Part shown: positions 10,046 to 19,854 of the stretch, piece after piece | Numbering within the stretch: position 1 is the first letter of the stretch | How the letters are laid out: every line of letters begins with the position of its first letter | From: Oceanicoccus sp. | Lineage (GTDB): Bacteria > Pseudomonadota > Gammaproteobacteria > Pseudomonadales > Dasaniaceae | NCBI GenBank assembly: GCA_965661375.1 | Contig: CBFIDJ010000013.1 | Coordinates: forward strand, 62,455 to 126,454 | Reading direction: 5' to 3' | DNA: 64,000 bases | Program-made: the position numbers and the translations under genes | The notes under the pieces: model-generated | Databases searched by the model: none | What the model was told of the DNA's origin: nothing | What the model saw: the letters and a program-made list of their open reading frames with translations, nothing else

Positions 10046-11311
10046 ATGTCTAACGATGTTAAACAACGGGCTCTTGATTATCATGCCAAGCCCCGGCCGG
10101 GTAAAATCTCCGTCGAGCTAAGCACAGCCGCCGAGACTCAGGCAGATCTGGCGCTGGCCTATAGCCCCGGCGTGGCTGAGCCTGTTAAAGCCATCGCGGC
10201 CAATCCCGATGATGCCTACAAATACACGATCAAAGGCAATCTGGTCGCGGTGATTTCAAACGGTACCGCGATTTTAGGTTTAGGCAACCTGGGACCGCTT
10301 GCGAGTAAGCCGGTTATGGAAGGTAAGGCGCTGTTGTTCAAGCGTTTTGCCGGAATCGATTCCATCGATATCGAGGTGGATACTGAAGAGCCGAGAGAAT
10401 TTATCGAAACCGTGGTGCGCATAGCCAATACCTTTGGTGGGATTAATCTGGAAGACATTAAAGCACCCGAGTGTTTTGAGATTGAAAATGAATTGATTGA
10501 TCGCTGTGAAGTCCCTGTATTCCATGATGATCAGCACGGTACGGCCATTGTTACTGCAGCGGGTATGCTGAATGCGCTGGAGATTCAGGGCAAAACACTG
10601 GAGACGGCCAAAATTGTCTGCCTTGGTGCCGGTTCTGCCGCTATCGCCTGTATGCGTTTGTTGCTGCGTCTGGGGGCTGACAACAATAACCTCACCATGA
10701 TTGATCGGCTGGGCGTGATCTATAAAGGTCGCGAGGGCGTTACTGAAATCAAAGCCCCTTTTGCCCATGAAACCACTGATCGTACCTTGGCCGATGCGAT
10801 TAACGGTGCCGATGTGTTTGTGGGTTTGTCGGGGGCGGATTTATTAGGCCCCGATTTACTCAAGACCATGGCGCCCAAGCCCATCGTGTTTGCCTGTTCC
10901 AACCCTGACCCTGAGATTGATCCGGCGCTGGCCAGAGCAATCCGTGATGACTTGATTATAGCCACCGGCCGCAGTGATTATCCTAATCAGGTGAATAATG
11001 TACTGGGCTTTCCTTTTATCTTCCGCGGTGCGCTGGATGTGCGCTCAAAGATGATTAACGAAGAAATGAAAATTGCGGCGGTTAACGCCATTCGCGAGAT
11101 TGCCAAAAAGCCCGTCACCCAAGAGGTGTTAACGGCCTGCGGTATGGATAAGCTGGAATTCGGGCCGGACTATATTATTCCCAAGCCGATGGATAGCCGT
11201 TTGCTGGGCGATGTCTCGGCAGCAGTGGCACAGGCAGCGGTGGATACCGGTGTTGCTCAGTTGCCTTATCCTGCGCATTATCCGATTCAGAATGTGAAAC
11301 AGATTTTGTAA
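10046..11311 (+). CDS. maeB: NADP-dependent malic enzyme (short form, no PTA domain)
   Basis: SLAYSPGVAEP-like segment, NGTAILGLG, KPVMEGK, NLEDIKAPECF, FHDDQHGTA, ATGRSDYPNQVNN. Confidence 0.95.
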   Translation: MSNDVKQRALDYHAKPRPGKISVELSTAAETQADLALAYSPGVAEPVKAIAANPDDAYKYTIKGNLVAVISNGTAILGLGNLGPLASKPVMEGKALLFKRFAGIDSIDIEVDTEEPREFIETVVRIANTFGGINLEDIKAPECFEIENELIDRCEVPVFHDDQHGTAIVTAAGMLNALEIQGKTLETAKIVCLGAGSAAIACMRLLLRLGADNNNLTMIDRLGVIYKGREGVTEIKAPFAHETTDRTLADAINGADVFVGLSGADLLGPDLLKTMAPKPIVFACSNPDPEIDPALARAIRDDLIIATGRSDYPNQVNNVLGFPFIFRGALDVRSKMINEEMKIAAVNAIREIAKKPVTQEVLTACGMDKLEFGPDYIIPKPMDSRLLGDVSAAVAQAAVDTGVAQLPYPAHYPIQNVKQIL

Positions 11312-11333
11312 TTGAAAGTTTGCAACGACACAG

Positions 11334-11361
11334 AAAGGCCGCATTGATCGCGGCCTTTTTT
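11334..11361 (+). terminator. Rho-independent terminator of the malic enzyme gene
   Basis: AAAGGCCGC-ATTGATC-GCGGCC-TTTTTT. Confidence 0.85.
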
Positions 11362-11414
11362 GTGCTCGCAAATCAGGCTAATCTCCGATCGTAATAGCTT
11401 TTGGGACCATCCCC

Positions 11415-11906
11415 ATGAAAACTCTTCACCTGATACGCCATGCAAAGTCCAGTTGGGATGACCCCAAACTAGTCGATCACGAGCGGCCCTTAAATGCGCG
11501 TGGTGTAAAGGCTTGTCGTCAAATGGCGCAGCCAATATTTGATGCGGGTTGTGATTTCTCGCGGGTTTATTGCAGTACGGCGCAGCGAGCACAACTTACC
11601 ATTCAGCATATTCGTCGGGAGTTGACTGCCAGCTTTGATTGGGAGTTGAGCGATGACCTCTACACCTTTAATGGTCAGCATCTGTTGGAGTGGTGCCAGA
11701 ATCTGGATGAGGATGAAAGCAATATTGTCCTGGTCGGACATAACCCGGCATTAACCGAGTTTTGCCATTACCTTAGTGGTGGCGATATTCATAATATACC
11801 CACCTGCGGCTATGCTCAGTTGCGTTATGAGGACGGCGACTGGTGTGATTTGTCGGCCTGTTCAGCGGAGCTGGAGGTGTTTCTGTATCCCAAAATGTTT
11901 CGCTGA
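11415..11906 (+). CDS. SixA-like histidine phosphatase family protein
   Basis: LIRHAKSSW, DHERPLNARG, S-T-A-x-R-A, LVGHNP motifs. Confidence 0.9.
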   Translation: MKTLHLIRHAKSSWDDPKLVDHERPLNARGVKACRQMAQPIFDAGCDFSRVYCSTAQRAQLTIQHIRRELTASFDWELSDDLYTFNGQHLLEWCQNLDEDESNIVLVGHNPALTEFCHYLSGGDIHNIPTCGYAQLRYEDGDWCDLSACSAELEVFLYPKMFR

Positions 11907-11958
11907 ATAGAGGTTGATAAAGCCAGTCTCTATTCAGCGATAAGTGAGGCTAATAATA

Positions 11959-12420
11959 ATGAGTCAATCCCCCGAACAAGTGGTAAGAGCTTTTTGCGCC
12001 AACGTCAGCGATCGTGATTTATCTACCATAGAACCCCTGTTAGCCGATGATATTGAATTTATGAACGTCGGTCTGGAAATCTATCGCGGCAAACAGGCGG
12101 TGTTAGATCACTTTGCTGGGGTTGATGACTCTACTGGCGTTGATGACTCCGGCGGCGTATGGGATATGTTTCCCGATACCTTTGATTTTCGCATCCGAAA
12201 TCTGGGGGTGACAGAAAACCGTGTTTATACCGAACGTGTGGATGTGGTGGGTGTCAATGGAGTGGATGCGCACTTACCTTTACTGGGTATATTTGAGGTT
12301 GATGAGGGCAAAATCAAACACTGGCGCGATTATTCGGATATGGGCATGGTGCAGCGCTTGTTAAAGGGTGAAACTGTGACTGCAGAGGAAGGCTTTCCAC
12401 CTGGGACGCTTGACGTGTAG
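11959..12420 (+). CDS. Limonene-1,2-epoxide hydrolase / SnoaL-like (NTF2 fold) protein
   Basis: SPEQVVRAF, VYTERVD, GIFEVDEGKIKHWRDY motifs; ATG at 11959 after GAGG. Confidence 0.8.
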   Translation: MSQSPEQVVRAFCANVSDRDLSTIEPLLADDIEFMNVGLEIYRGKQAVLDHFAGVDDSTGVDDSGGVWDMFPDTFDFRIRNLGVTENRVYTERVDVVGVNGVDAHLPLLGIFEVDEGKIKHWRDYSDMGMVQRLLKGETVTAEEGFPPGTLDV

Positions 12421-12485
12421 GGCCTTAAATTAAGAAAGCTTTGTCTGTGGATATTTAAATATTAGGCGGGAAGGCACAAGAAAAG

Positions 12486-12857
12486 TTAGTGTCCCAGTGC
12501 GGCCAGTTCTCGCTCCAGCAGTTCTTCATCACCCAGGTTAAGCTCCACCAGCCGTCTAAGGTGAATAACGCTATCAATATCGATATGGTCGCACTCAAAT
12601 CCGATCTGGCCATTTTGGGTATGGCGCCAATTAAGCGTCATATCGATGGCGGTTTCATCGTCCAGTGCAATATGGGCATCAATATACTGAGTGATATCTG
12701 CATCCCAATTTGCCGGCTCCTCGACGAGTATGCCCTTGAGCGAAATATCTACCAGCGTGGCTTTCCAGCTGTTACCGCCCTGGGTCAGAGTGATATCGGC
12801 GTCAAAGGTGATGCGGCTGAAGGTTCGCCGTTCAGAGTCTGACTGTGTCATTGTCAC
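12486..12857 (-). CDS. Single-domain PilZ c-di-GMP receptor (PA4608/MapZ-like)
   Basis: RRTFSRI (RxxxR), DISLKG (DxSxxG); C-terminal HLRRLVELNLGDEELLERELA recalled from P. aeruginosa PA4608. Confidence 0.9.
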   Translation of the reverse strand: MTMTQSDSERRTFSRITFDADITLTQGGNSWKATLVDISLKGILVEEPANWDADITQYIDAHIALDDETAIDMTLNWRHTQNGQIGFECDHIDIDSVIHLRRLVELNLGDEELLERELAALGH

Positions 12858-12988
12858 TTCCTATATCCGTAGCTATTTATGGTATAGCGGCTGGTTTAAT
12901 CCCGACTATACCATTAATGCGGCCAAATTAATGGCTTGTTCATCGCTATCTGGCCGCTGTGCTAATGGTATAGATCGCTGTCAGCGAA

Positions 12989-14650
12989 TTATTTGAGTTT
13001 TTTGTAACGCACCCGCTGTGGCAGTGCGTTCTCCCCTTTGCGAGCCACAAAATCCTCATGATATTCGGTGTAGTTGCCTTCAAAAAACACCACTTCGCTA
13101 TCCCCTTCGTAGGCGAGGATATGGGTACAGATGCGGTCCAGAAACCAGCGATCATGTGAGATGATCATGGCGCAGCCGGGGAAACTGAGTAGGGCTTCTT
13201 CCAGTGCCCGCAGTGTCTCCACATCAAGATCGTTAGAGGGTTCATCTAACAGCAGTACATTACCGCCCTGTTTCAGGGTGCAGGCCAGCTGCAGTCGGCC
13301 GCGCTCACCACCGGAGAGTTCGCCAACGCGTTTTTGCTGGTCGGCGCCTTTGAAATTGAAGCGGCCAATATAGGCGCGGGAGGGAATTTCATAGCCGCCA
13401 ATCTGCAGAATGTCGTGACCGCCTGACACGGCTTCCCACACCGTTTGGGTGTCCACCAATTCATCGCGTAACTGTTCCACATAAACCAGATCGACAGTTT
13501 CGCCCAGCTCTACCGAGCCGCTGTCGGGCTGCTCCATGCCGGCAATAATTTTAAACAGGGTCGATTTACCCGCACCGTTACCGCCAATCACCCCGACAAT
13601 AGCGCCTTTGGGGACGCTAAAGCTGAGATTCTCGTACAGTACCTGATCGCCAAAGCTTTTGCTGACACCATTGACCTCGATGACCTTATCTCCCAGGCGC
13701 TGGCCTGGCGGTATATAAATTTCGTTAGTCTCGGCGCGGGATTGGAATTCCTGCGATTGCAGCTCTTCAAAGCGGGCGACACGGGCTTTGTTTTTCGCAC
13801 GGCGACCCTTGGGGTTTTGTCGTACCCATTCCAGCTCGGATTTAACGGTTTTCTGGTGAGAGGCTTCCTGTTTGGATTCCATCTCCAGCCGTTTTTCCTT
13901 TTGCTCCAGCCAATCGCTGTAATTGCCCTCGTAGGGAATACCGCGACCGCGATCGAGTTCCAGAATCCAGCCAGCAGCGTTATCCAGAAAATAGCGATCG
14001 TGGGTAATGGCGACGACGGTACCGGGGTAATCACAGAGAAACTGTTCCAACCAGTGAACTGACTCGGCATCCAAATGGTTAGTCGGCTCGTCGAGTAACA
14101 GCATGTCAGGGTTGGAAAGCAGCAAGCGACAGAGCGCTACCCGGCGACGTTCACCGCCGGAGAGTTTGGTGACATCGGCATCCCAGGGCGGCAGGCGCAA
14201 TGCATCGGCAGCGACCTCTAGTTTATGTTCCAGGTTGGTGGAGTCTGCGGCCTGAATAATGTTTTCCAGCTCCTGCTGGCGCTTGCCCAGCGCATCAAAG
14301 TCGGCATCGGGCTCGGCATAGGCGGCAAAAATTTCTTCCAGTTCCTTTTGTGCAGAGACCACATCGCCAAGGCCATCTTCGACATTGCCGCGCACATCTT
14401 TACTGGGGTCCAGCTCGGGTTCCTGAGACAGGTAGCCCACATTGATGCCGGCCTGTGGTCGAGCTTCGCCCTCAAATTCCGAGTCGATGCCGGCCATAAT
14501 GCGCAGCAGGGTGGATTTACCGGCACCGTTTAAACCCAGTACGCCAATTTTGGCACCGGGGAAAAAGGACAGAGAAATGTCTTTGAGAATTTGACGTTTA
14601 GGGGGGACGACTTTGCCCACCCCGCTCATGGTGTATACGTATTGCGCCAT
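12989..14650 (-). CDS. ettA: Energy-dependent translational throttle protein EttA (ABC-F)
   Basis: MAQYVYTM start, ILKDISLSFFPGAKIGVLGLNGAGKS, two ABC domains, WVRQNPKGRRAK linker. Confidence 0.98.
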   Translation of the reverse strand: MAQYVYTMSGVGKVVPPKRQILKDISLSFFPGAKIGVLGLNGAGKSTLLRIMAGIDSEFEGEARPQAGINVGYLSQEPELDPSKDVRGNVEDGLGDVVSAQKELEEIFAAYAEPDADFDALGKRQQELENIIQAADSTNLEHKLEVAADALRLPPWDADVTKLSGGERRRVALCRLLLSNPDMLLLDEPTNHLDAESVHWLEQFLCDYPGTVVAITHDRYFLDNAAGWILELDRGRGIPYEGNYSDWLEQKEKRLEMESKQEASHQKTVKSELEWVRQNPKGRRAKNKARVARFEELQSQEFQSRAETNEIYIPPGQRLGDKVIEVNGVSKSFGDQVLYENLSFSVPKGAIVGVIGGNGAGKSTLFKIIAGMEQPDSGSVELGETVDLVYVEQLRDELVDTQTVWEAVSGGHDILQIGGYEIPSRAYIGRFNFKGADQQKRVGELSGGERGRLQLACTLKQGGNVLLLDEPSNDLDVETLRALEEALLSFPGCAMIISHDRWFLDRICTHILAYEGDSEVVFFEGNYTEYHEDFVARKGENALPQRVRYKKLK

Positions 14651-14753
14651 TGCTGATTAATCCTGAATTTATAAAAGCTTGAGCTGGCAGCAAGTTACTC
14701 AATCTTGCTGTGTATATCAAGGAAAGTTGCTGGCGAAAAAGAGATGTCGGCGC

Positions 14754-15089
14754 TTAAGCGCGCACGTCTACCAGTTGTCCCTTGTCTCCACCGGGTTGGC
14801 GGCCACTCAGGGCTTCGAAGTTCTGTTCAAGACGTCGGTTTATCGATTCCAGCGTGGTTCTGGTTTGTAGTAATTCCGGTGCGGCCCTTTCTGAGGCTTT
14901 AACCGGTCGCGGTGGTTCCTGGTTGGCGAGGGATGTTTCGCTAGCACCCAGCGTAATTTCATCCTGTTCGACCTGCTTGGCCTGCTCGATTAAATCGGTG
15001 GCACGGGGATTACGGTTTTGCTGATTCTGGCTGAGTTGGTTTTGAATAAGTTGCTGGCTGAGGGCGGTATTGTTGGCAATGCTTGGCAT
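14754..15089 (-). CDS. Hypothetical Q/N-rich protein ending in KGQLVDVRA
   Basis: 111-aa ORF filling the ettA-glyA gap, low-complexity N-terminus, C-terminal G-x-x-(I/V)-D-x-x-A motif. Confidence 0.65.
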   Translation of the reverse strand: MPSIANNTALSQQLIQNQLSQNQQNRNPRATDLIEQAKQVEQDEITLGASETSLANQEPPRPVKASERAAPELLQTRTTLESINRRLEQNFEALSGRQPGGDKGQLVDVRA

Positions 15090-15553
15090 GGTCAGTGCGC
15101 TTCAACTATCAGTTATCAATTTAATCCTGAGTAATGTGCTTATCAATTTGCCCTGATTTACTGGGGCGTCAGGCATAAGAATCTGTGGTCAGCGCAGGGG
15201 CTGGCAGTGATTCGGCGTGACTATAAGTAAGCATTACTGCGAGTAAAAATATAAGGACTTCGCTTTACGGGTCGTCAGCGAGGCCGTCGACGGGGCTTAT
15301 ATTAGCCATTTGGCTTTTTGCGTCCAATAGCATTTTTTCCTGTTTTTGCGCACATCTATAGCTCCCGGTTTTAAGTCAGAATGTCTCTGGGCTGTGGCTG
15401 TATTAAGGCGTTGGAAATCACCAAAACAGGCTGCCTAATCTGAATCAATAATGTACAATGCGCCGCTTTCAGAAAGGCCGCAAAGCCGCACCGGAATTTA
15501 TCGACTCGGCATCAGAAATAGTTGATCGCCACGACAGACCAAAGGGGTTGCCA

Positions 15554-16816
15554 ATGTTTACCAAAGATATGCAGATTAAAGGCTACGACGATGAGTTGTT
15601 CGCGGCGTTAGAGGAAGAAAATCAGCGTCAGGAAGAGCATATTGAATTGATCGCTTCCGAGAACTACACCAGCCCCCGCGTGATGGAGGCACAGGGTGGC
15701 CTGCTGACCAATAAGTACGCTGAAGGCTATCCCGGTAAGCGCTATTACGGTGGTTGTGAGTATGTCGATAAGGTGGAGCAGCTGGCTATTGATCGTCTGA
15801 AAGCATTATTCGGTGCCGACTATGCCAATGTGCAGCCACACTCCGGTTCGCAGGCCAATGCGGCGGTATATCTGGCGCTGTTGTCTGCTGGCGATACGGT
15901 GTTAGGTATGAGTTTGGATGCCGGCGGTCACCTGACTCACGGTGCCAAGCCTAACTTTTCCGGTAAGGTGTATAACTCGGTGCAGTACGGCCTGAATGCC
16001 GAAACCGGTGAGATCGATTACGAACAGGTTGAAGCGCTGGCGCTGGAGCACAAGCCAAAAATGATCGTGGCGGGTTTCTCTGCCTATTCGGGTATTGTTG
16101 ACTGGGCGCGTTTTCGTGAAATTGCCGACAAGGTTGGCGCCTACCTGATGGTGGATATGGCCCACGTTGCGGGTCTGATTGCCGCGGGTCTTTATCCTAA
16201 CCCGGTACCCTTTGCCGATGTGGTGACCTCCACTACGCACAAAACCCTGCGTGGTCCTCGTGGCGGTATTATTCTGGCCAAGGCCAATGAAGAGCTGGAG
16301 AAAAAATTCAACTCGGCGATTTTCCCTGGCGGTCAGGGCGGTCCATTAATGCATGTGATTGCGGCCAAGGCGGTCAGCTTTAAAGAAGCCGCCACGGAAG
16401 AATTCAAAGCCTATCAACAGCGTGTGGTCGACAATGCCAAGGTGATGGCGGCGACCTTTATTGAACGCGGTATCAAAATCGTCTCGGGCGGCACTGAGAA
16501 TCACCTGATGCTGGTAGACCTGATTGGTAAGGAATACACCGGTAAAGATGCCGATGCGGCGCTGGGCGAAGCCTTTATTACCGTTAACAAAAATGCGGTA
16601 CCTAACGACCCGCGTTCGCCCTTTGTGACCTCGGGGCTGCGCGTTGGTACGCCTGCGATTACTACCCGTGGCTTCGGCGAAGCGGAAACTCGCGAGCTGA
16701 CTAACTGGATGTGTGATGTGCTGGATAGCCTGGAAAACGGCAACAGCGAATCAGTGATACCGGAAGTTAAAGCCAAGGTTAAGGAAATCTGCGCCCGCTT
16801 CCCGGTGTATAAATAA
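15554..16816 (+). CDS. glyA: Serine hydroxymethyltransferase
   Basis: [45 protein letters not shown]; ATG at 15554 after AGGGG. Confidence 0.99.
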   Translation: MFTKDMQIKGYDDELFAALEEENQRQEEHIELIASENYTSPRVMEAQGGLLTNKYAEGYPGKRYYGGCEYVDKVEQLAIDRLKALFGADYANVQPHSGSQANAAVYLALLSAGDTVLGMSLDAGGHLTHGAKPNFSGKVYNSVQYGLNAETGEIDYEQVEALALEHKPKMIVAGFSAYSGIVDWARFREIADKVGAYLMVDMAHVAGLIAAGLYPNPVPFADVVTSTTHKTLRGPRGGIILAKANEELEKKFNSAIFPGGQGGPLMHVIAAKAVSFKEAATEEFKAYQQRVVDNAKVMAATFIERGIKIVSGGTENHLMLVDLIGKEYTGKDADAALGEAFITVNKNAVPNDPRSPFVTSGLRVGTPAITTRGFGEAETRELTNWMCDVLDSLENGNSESVIPEVKAKVKEICARFPVYK

Positions 16817-16846
16817 GCTTGATCCGCTGCGCTGAGGGATTGATAT

Positions 16847-16887
16847 TTGCCCCTGACTTTGACCTTAAGAGAAAAAGTCAGGGGCAA
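16847..16887. terminator. Perfect 14-bp inverted repeat after glyA (probable terminator or stabilising hairpin)
   Basis: TTGCCCCTGACTTT-N13-AAAGTCAGGGGCAA; no clear U-tract. Confidence 0.5.
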
Positions 16888-16959
16888 TTGTGCAAATAAT
16901 GCGCCGGTTCGTAAAGCTGCTACAATAGCCCGCCTGTTTCCTGATCATAAGGCTGTCCA

Positions 16960-17463
16960 ATGCGCTGCCCTTTCTGTTCCTTTGAAGATACCAAAGTCAT
17001 CGATTCCCGCTTAGTTGCCGAGGGGGGGCAAGTACGTCGTCGCCGTGAGTGCGCTTCCTGTTCAGAGCGCTTCACCACCTATGAAAGTGCCGAGTTGATG
17101 ATGCCGCGGATTATCAAACAAAATGGTAATCGCGAACCCTACGATGAAAAGAAAATGCGCGCCGGTTTATTGCGTGCCTTGGAAAAGCGGCCTGTCAGCA
17201 TTGAAAAAATTGAAGCTGTGATCACCCAAATCGAGCACTCCCTGCAGGCCACTGGTGAGCGCGAAGTCGCTTCCATGGTGCTCGGGGAACTGGTGATGGA
17301 TCATCTAAAACAGTTAGATCAGGTGGCCTTTGTGCGTTTTGCCTCGGTCTACCGTGACTTTAAGGATTTGCAAGAGTTTCGGGAAGAAATTGATCGCTTG
17401 TCGGCAGAGCATGGCCCCCTGGCTGACGAGTCGCTTGTCGATAAAGCGCTTGGCGACCAATAA
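16960..17463 (+). CDS. nrdR: Transcriptional repressor NrdR
   Basis: [18 protein letters not shown]-cone, [10 protein letters not shown]. Confidence 0.98.
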   Translation: MRCPFCSFEDTKVIDSRLVAEGGQVRRRRECASCSERFTTYESAELMMPRIIKQNGNREPYDEKKMRAGLLRALEKRPVSIEKIEAVITQIEHSLQATGEREVASMVLGELVMDHLKQLDQVAFVRFASVYRDFKDLQEFREEIDRLSAEHGPLADESLVDKALGDQ

Positions 17464-17522
17464 CGGGTTGAACCAGGAGTAACGGCTTAAACTGGAAGTA
17501 ACGGTTAGAAGGGCGCCTTATC

Positions 17523-18653
17523 ATGCAAGATCAGCAAGCTATGGCTTTGGCGATAGAGTTGGCACAACAAGGCTTATATAGCACCTCCCCGAATCCCCGA
17601 GTGGGCTGTGTGATGGTGAGGGATGGAGAAATTATCGGTCGCGGCTTCCATCTTCGTGCTGGCGAAGGTCATGCTGAAGTGAATGCGATTGCGGATGCTG
17701 GCGGGGCTGGGGCCGTGAAAGGGGCCACTGCCTATGTCACGCTCGAGCCCTGTAGCCATACTGGTCGGACGGCGCCTTGCTGTGAAGCTTTAATTGCGGC
17801 AGGTATCCGCCGGGTCGTGGTGGCAATGGAAGATCCCAATCCGCTGGTGGCGGGACAGGGCATAGCCAGATTGCAACAGACCGGTATCTCTGTTGAGACA
17901 GGGCTGTTGGAAGCGGAGGCAAGGGCACTCAATCCGGGTTTTATCAAGCGGATGGAAACCGGTTTGCCCTGGGTGCGGGTTAAGTTGGCCATGAGTGTGG
18001 ATGGCCGGACGGCGATGGCCTCCGGAGAGAGTCAATGGATTACCGGACCTGCCGCGCGAGGCGATGTGCAGTGCCTGCGGGCAAGAAGTTGTGCGATTAT
18101 CTCCGGGGTGGAAACGGTTATCCTCGATAATGCAGCGTTGACAGTACGTCCTGCGGAAATGCCCGAGAAAGAGCGGCAGTCAATAATGGCTGCGGGCGTA
18201 CGGCAGCCGTTAAGAGTGGTGTTGGACTCTGCTATGAGGTTGTCGGCCAGCGCTAAAATTTTCAGTGAGTCGGGTGACGTTTGGATCGTTGCCGCAAAGG
18301 AAAACCTCAGGGTTCAGGCCGAGCTGGAACGGGCCGGGGCTAAGGTGCTGGTGTTGCCGAATAGTGAAGGCCGAGTGGATTTGACGTTGTTGCTGGCAAA
18401 GTTATCTGAAGCGGGCTGTAATGAAGTGATGGTGGAGGCTGGCGCAACCCTGGCGGGTGCCTTTGCTCAGGCCGGTCTGGTAGATGAATATCATATTTAT
18501 ATGGCACCCGTGCTGATGGGAAGTGAAGGGCGACCGCTGCTGCACTGGCCGCTCGAACTCATGGCGGAAAGACAGCACTTACATATAGACAATATCAGTA
18601 AGGTGGGCGACGACTGGCGCATTGATGCGCGCCCCGCTAAGTCTCCGATCTAG
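17523..18653 (+). CDS. ribD: Bifunctional pyrimidine deaminase/reductase RibD
   Basis: PNPRVGCV, HAE, LEPCSH...PC zinc motif, KLAMSVDG, VEAG. Confidence 0.97.
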   Translation: MQDQQAMALAIELAQQGLYSTSPNPRVGCVMVRDGEIIGRGFHLRAGEGHAEVNAIADAGGAGAVKGATAYVTLEPCSHTGRTAPCCEALIAAGIRRVVVAMEDPNPLVAGQGIARLQQTGISVETGLLEAEARALNPGFIKRMETGLPWVRVKLAMSVDGRTAMASGESQWITGPAARGDVQCLRARSCAIISGVETVILDNAALTVRPAEMPEKERQSIMAAGVRQPLRVVLDSAMRLSASAKIFSESGDVWIVAAKENLRVQAELERAGAKVLVLPNSEGRVDLTLLLAKLSEAGCNEVMVEAGATLAGAFAQAGLVDEYHIYMAPVLMGSEGRPLLHWPLELMAERQHLHIDNISKVGDDWRIDARPAKSPI

Positions 18654-18698
18654 TGGTCATTCAGTCTTAGTCACCCTCCGTATTAATTGGAACCTAAT

Positions 18699-19178
18699 AT
18701 GAAAGGTATAGAAACACCCCATTACGACGCGGCTATTTTGGCTGGGAAAAAAATTGCCATTGTCGCCACCCGCTGGAACACGTTTATTGTTGATCGACTG
18801 TTGGCCGGTGCCAAGCAGCACCTGCTTGAAAACGGTATTCGCGAAGACCATATTGACCTAATTATGTGTCCCGGCGCTTATGAAATCCCATTAACCTGCA
18901 AGCACGTCGCTGAAAGCAAAAAGTACGATGCTATTATTACGCTGGGAGCTGTAATTCGTGGTGGTACGCCACACTTTGAATATGTGGCGGGGGAGTGTTC
19001 CAGCGGTGTGATGCGGGTTGGTTTGGATACGGGAATGCCAGTCGCCTTTGGCGTGCTAACCGTCGATAATGAACAGCAGGCGCTGGAGCGTTGTGGTGTT
19101 GGCGAAAATTCCGAAAACAAGGGCGAAGAATCCGCCGCCTGTGTATTGGAAATGCTCTGTGTGATCGGTAGTCTTTGA
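18699..19178 (+). CDS. ribH: 6,7-dimethyl-8-ribityllumazine synthase
   Basis: RWN, PGAYEIP, LGAVIRGGTPHFEYV, FGVLT, NKG; ATG at 18699. Confidence 0.96.
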   Translation: MKGIETPHYDAAILAGKKIAIVATRWNTFIVDRLLAGAKQHLLENGIREDHIDLIMCPGAYEIPLTCKHVAESKKYDAIITLGAVIRGGTPHFEYVAGECSSGVMRVGLDTGMPVAFGVLTVDNEQQALERCGVGENSENKGEESAACVLEMLCVIGSL

Positions 19179-19322
19179 AGCGAGTTTAATTCGATCAACC
19201 ACACTTTGGAACGTTTAACCCAATAGAGTTTTATCGCCCTGAAATCGGCCTAAAGCTCTATTGATTCAATTCAAAACGGCGAAGCTGGCCTTCGTCAGTG
19301 TTCTTTTCAAGCAGTTATTATT

Positions 19323-19793
19323 ATGAATACAGCAGCAAGTAATAAACAGGAATTCAATCCCGCAGCTCGACGCAAAGCGCGTCATTACGGTATGCAGGCG
19401 CTTTACCAATGGCAGATGACCAAAGACCCGCTGAGGGAAATAGAGTTACAGTTTTTAAGTGACTATGACTTTACTCGTGTTGATGTCGAATATTTCCACG
19501 ACATTATTCATCAGGTACCCGGTAATCTTGAAGAGCTGGAAACGGCTTTTAAACCCCACCTGGATAGGGATATTTCTGAACTGGATCCTATCGAACTCGC
19601 GCTGTTACGACTCGGTAGTTACGAGCTGATCAAGCGCATAGATATCCCCTACAAAGTAGCCATTAACGAAGCCGTAGCGCTGGCGAAAAAATTTGGCGCG
19701 ACCGATGGCCATAAATATATCAACGGCGTGCTCGACAAGCTGGCACAGGATACGCGAGCGATTGAAATTCAAGCGGCTAAAGCCCGTCAATAA
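19323..19793 (+). CDS. nusB: Transcription antitermination factor NusB
   Basis: RRKARHYGMQALYQW, INEAVALAKKFG, KYINGVLD. Confidence 0.98.
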   Translation: MNTAASNKQEFNPAARRKARHYGMQALYQWQMTKDPLREIELQFLSDYDFTRVDVEYFHDIIHQVPGNLEELETAFKPHLDRDISELDPIELALLRLGSYELIKRIDIPYKVAINEAVALAKKFGATDGHKYINGVLDKLAQDTRAIEIQAAKARQ

Positions 19794-19854
19794 ACTGCTT
19801 ATAAATTGCCAAAGCTCGGCGATAGCTCTTAATAAACAGGTAAAACTCAGGATA

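Noticed and set aside
15090-15553. ZTP (pfl) or glycine riboswitch upstream of glyA
   Set aside because: I could not find the conserved motifs of either by eye; an Infernal search would be decisive.
16847-16887. REP/BIME element after glyA
   Set aside because: No second full copy found in the window; treated as a local hairpin.
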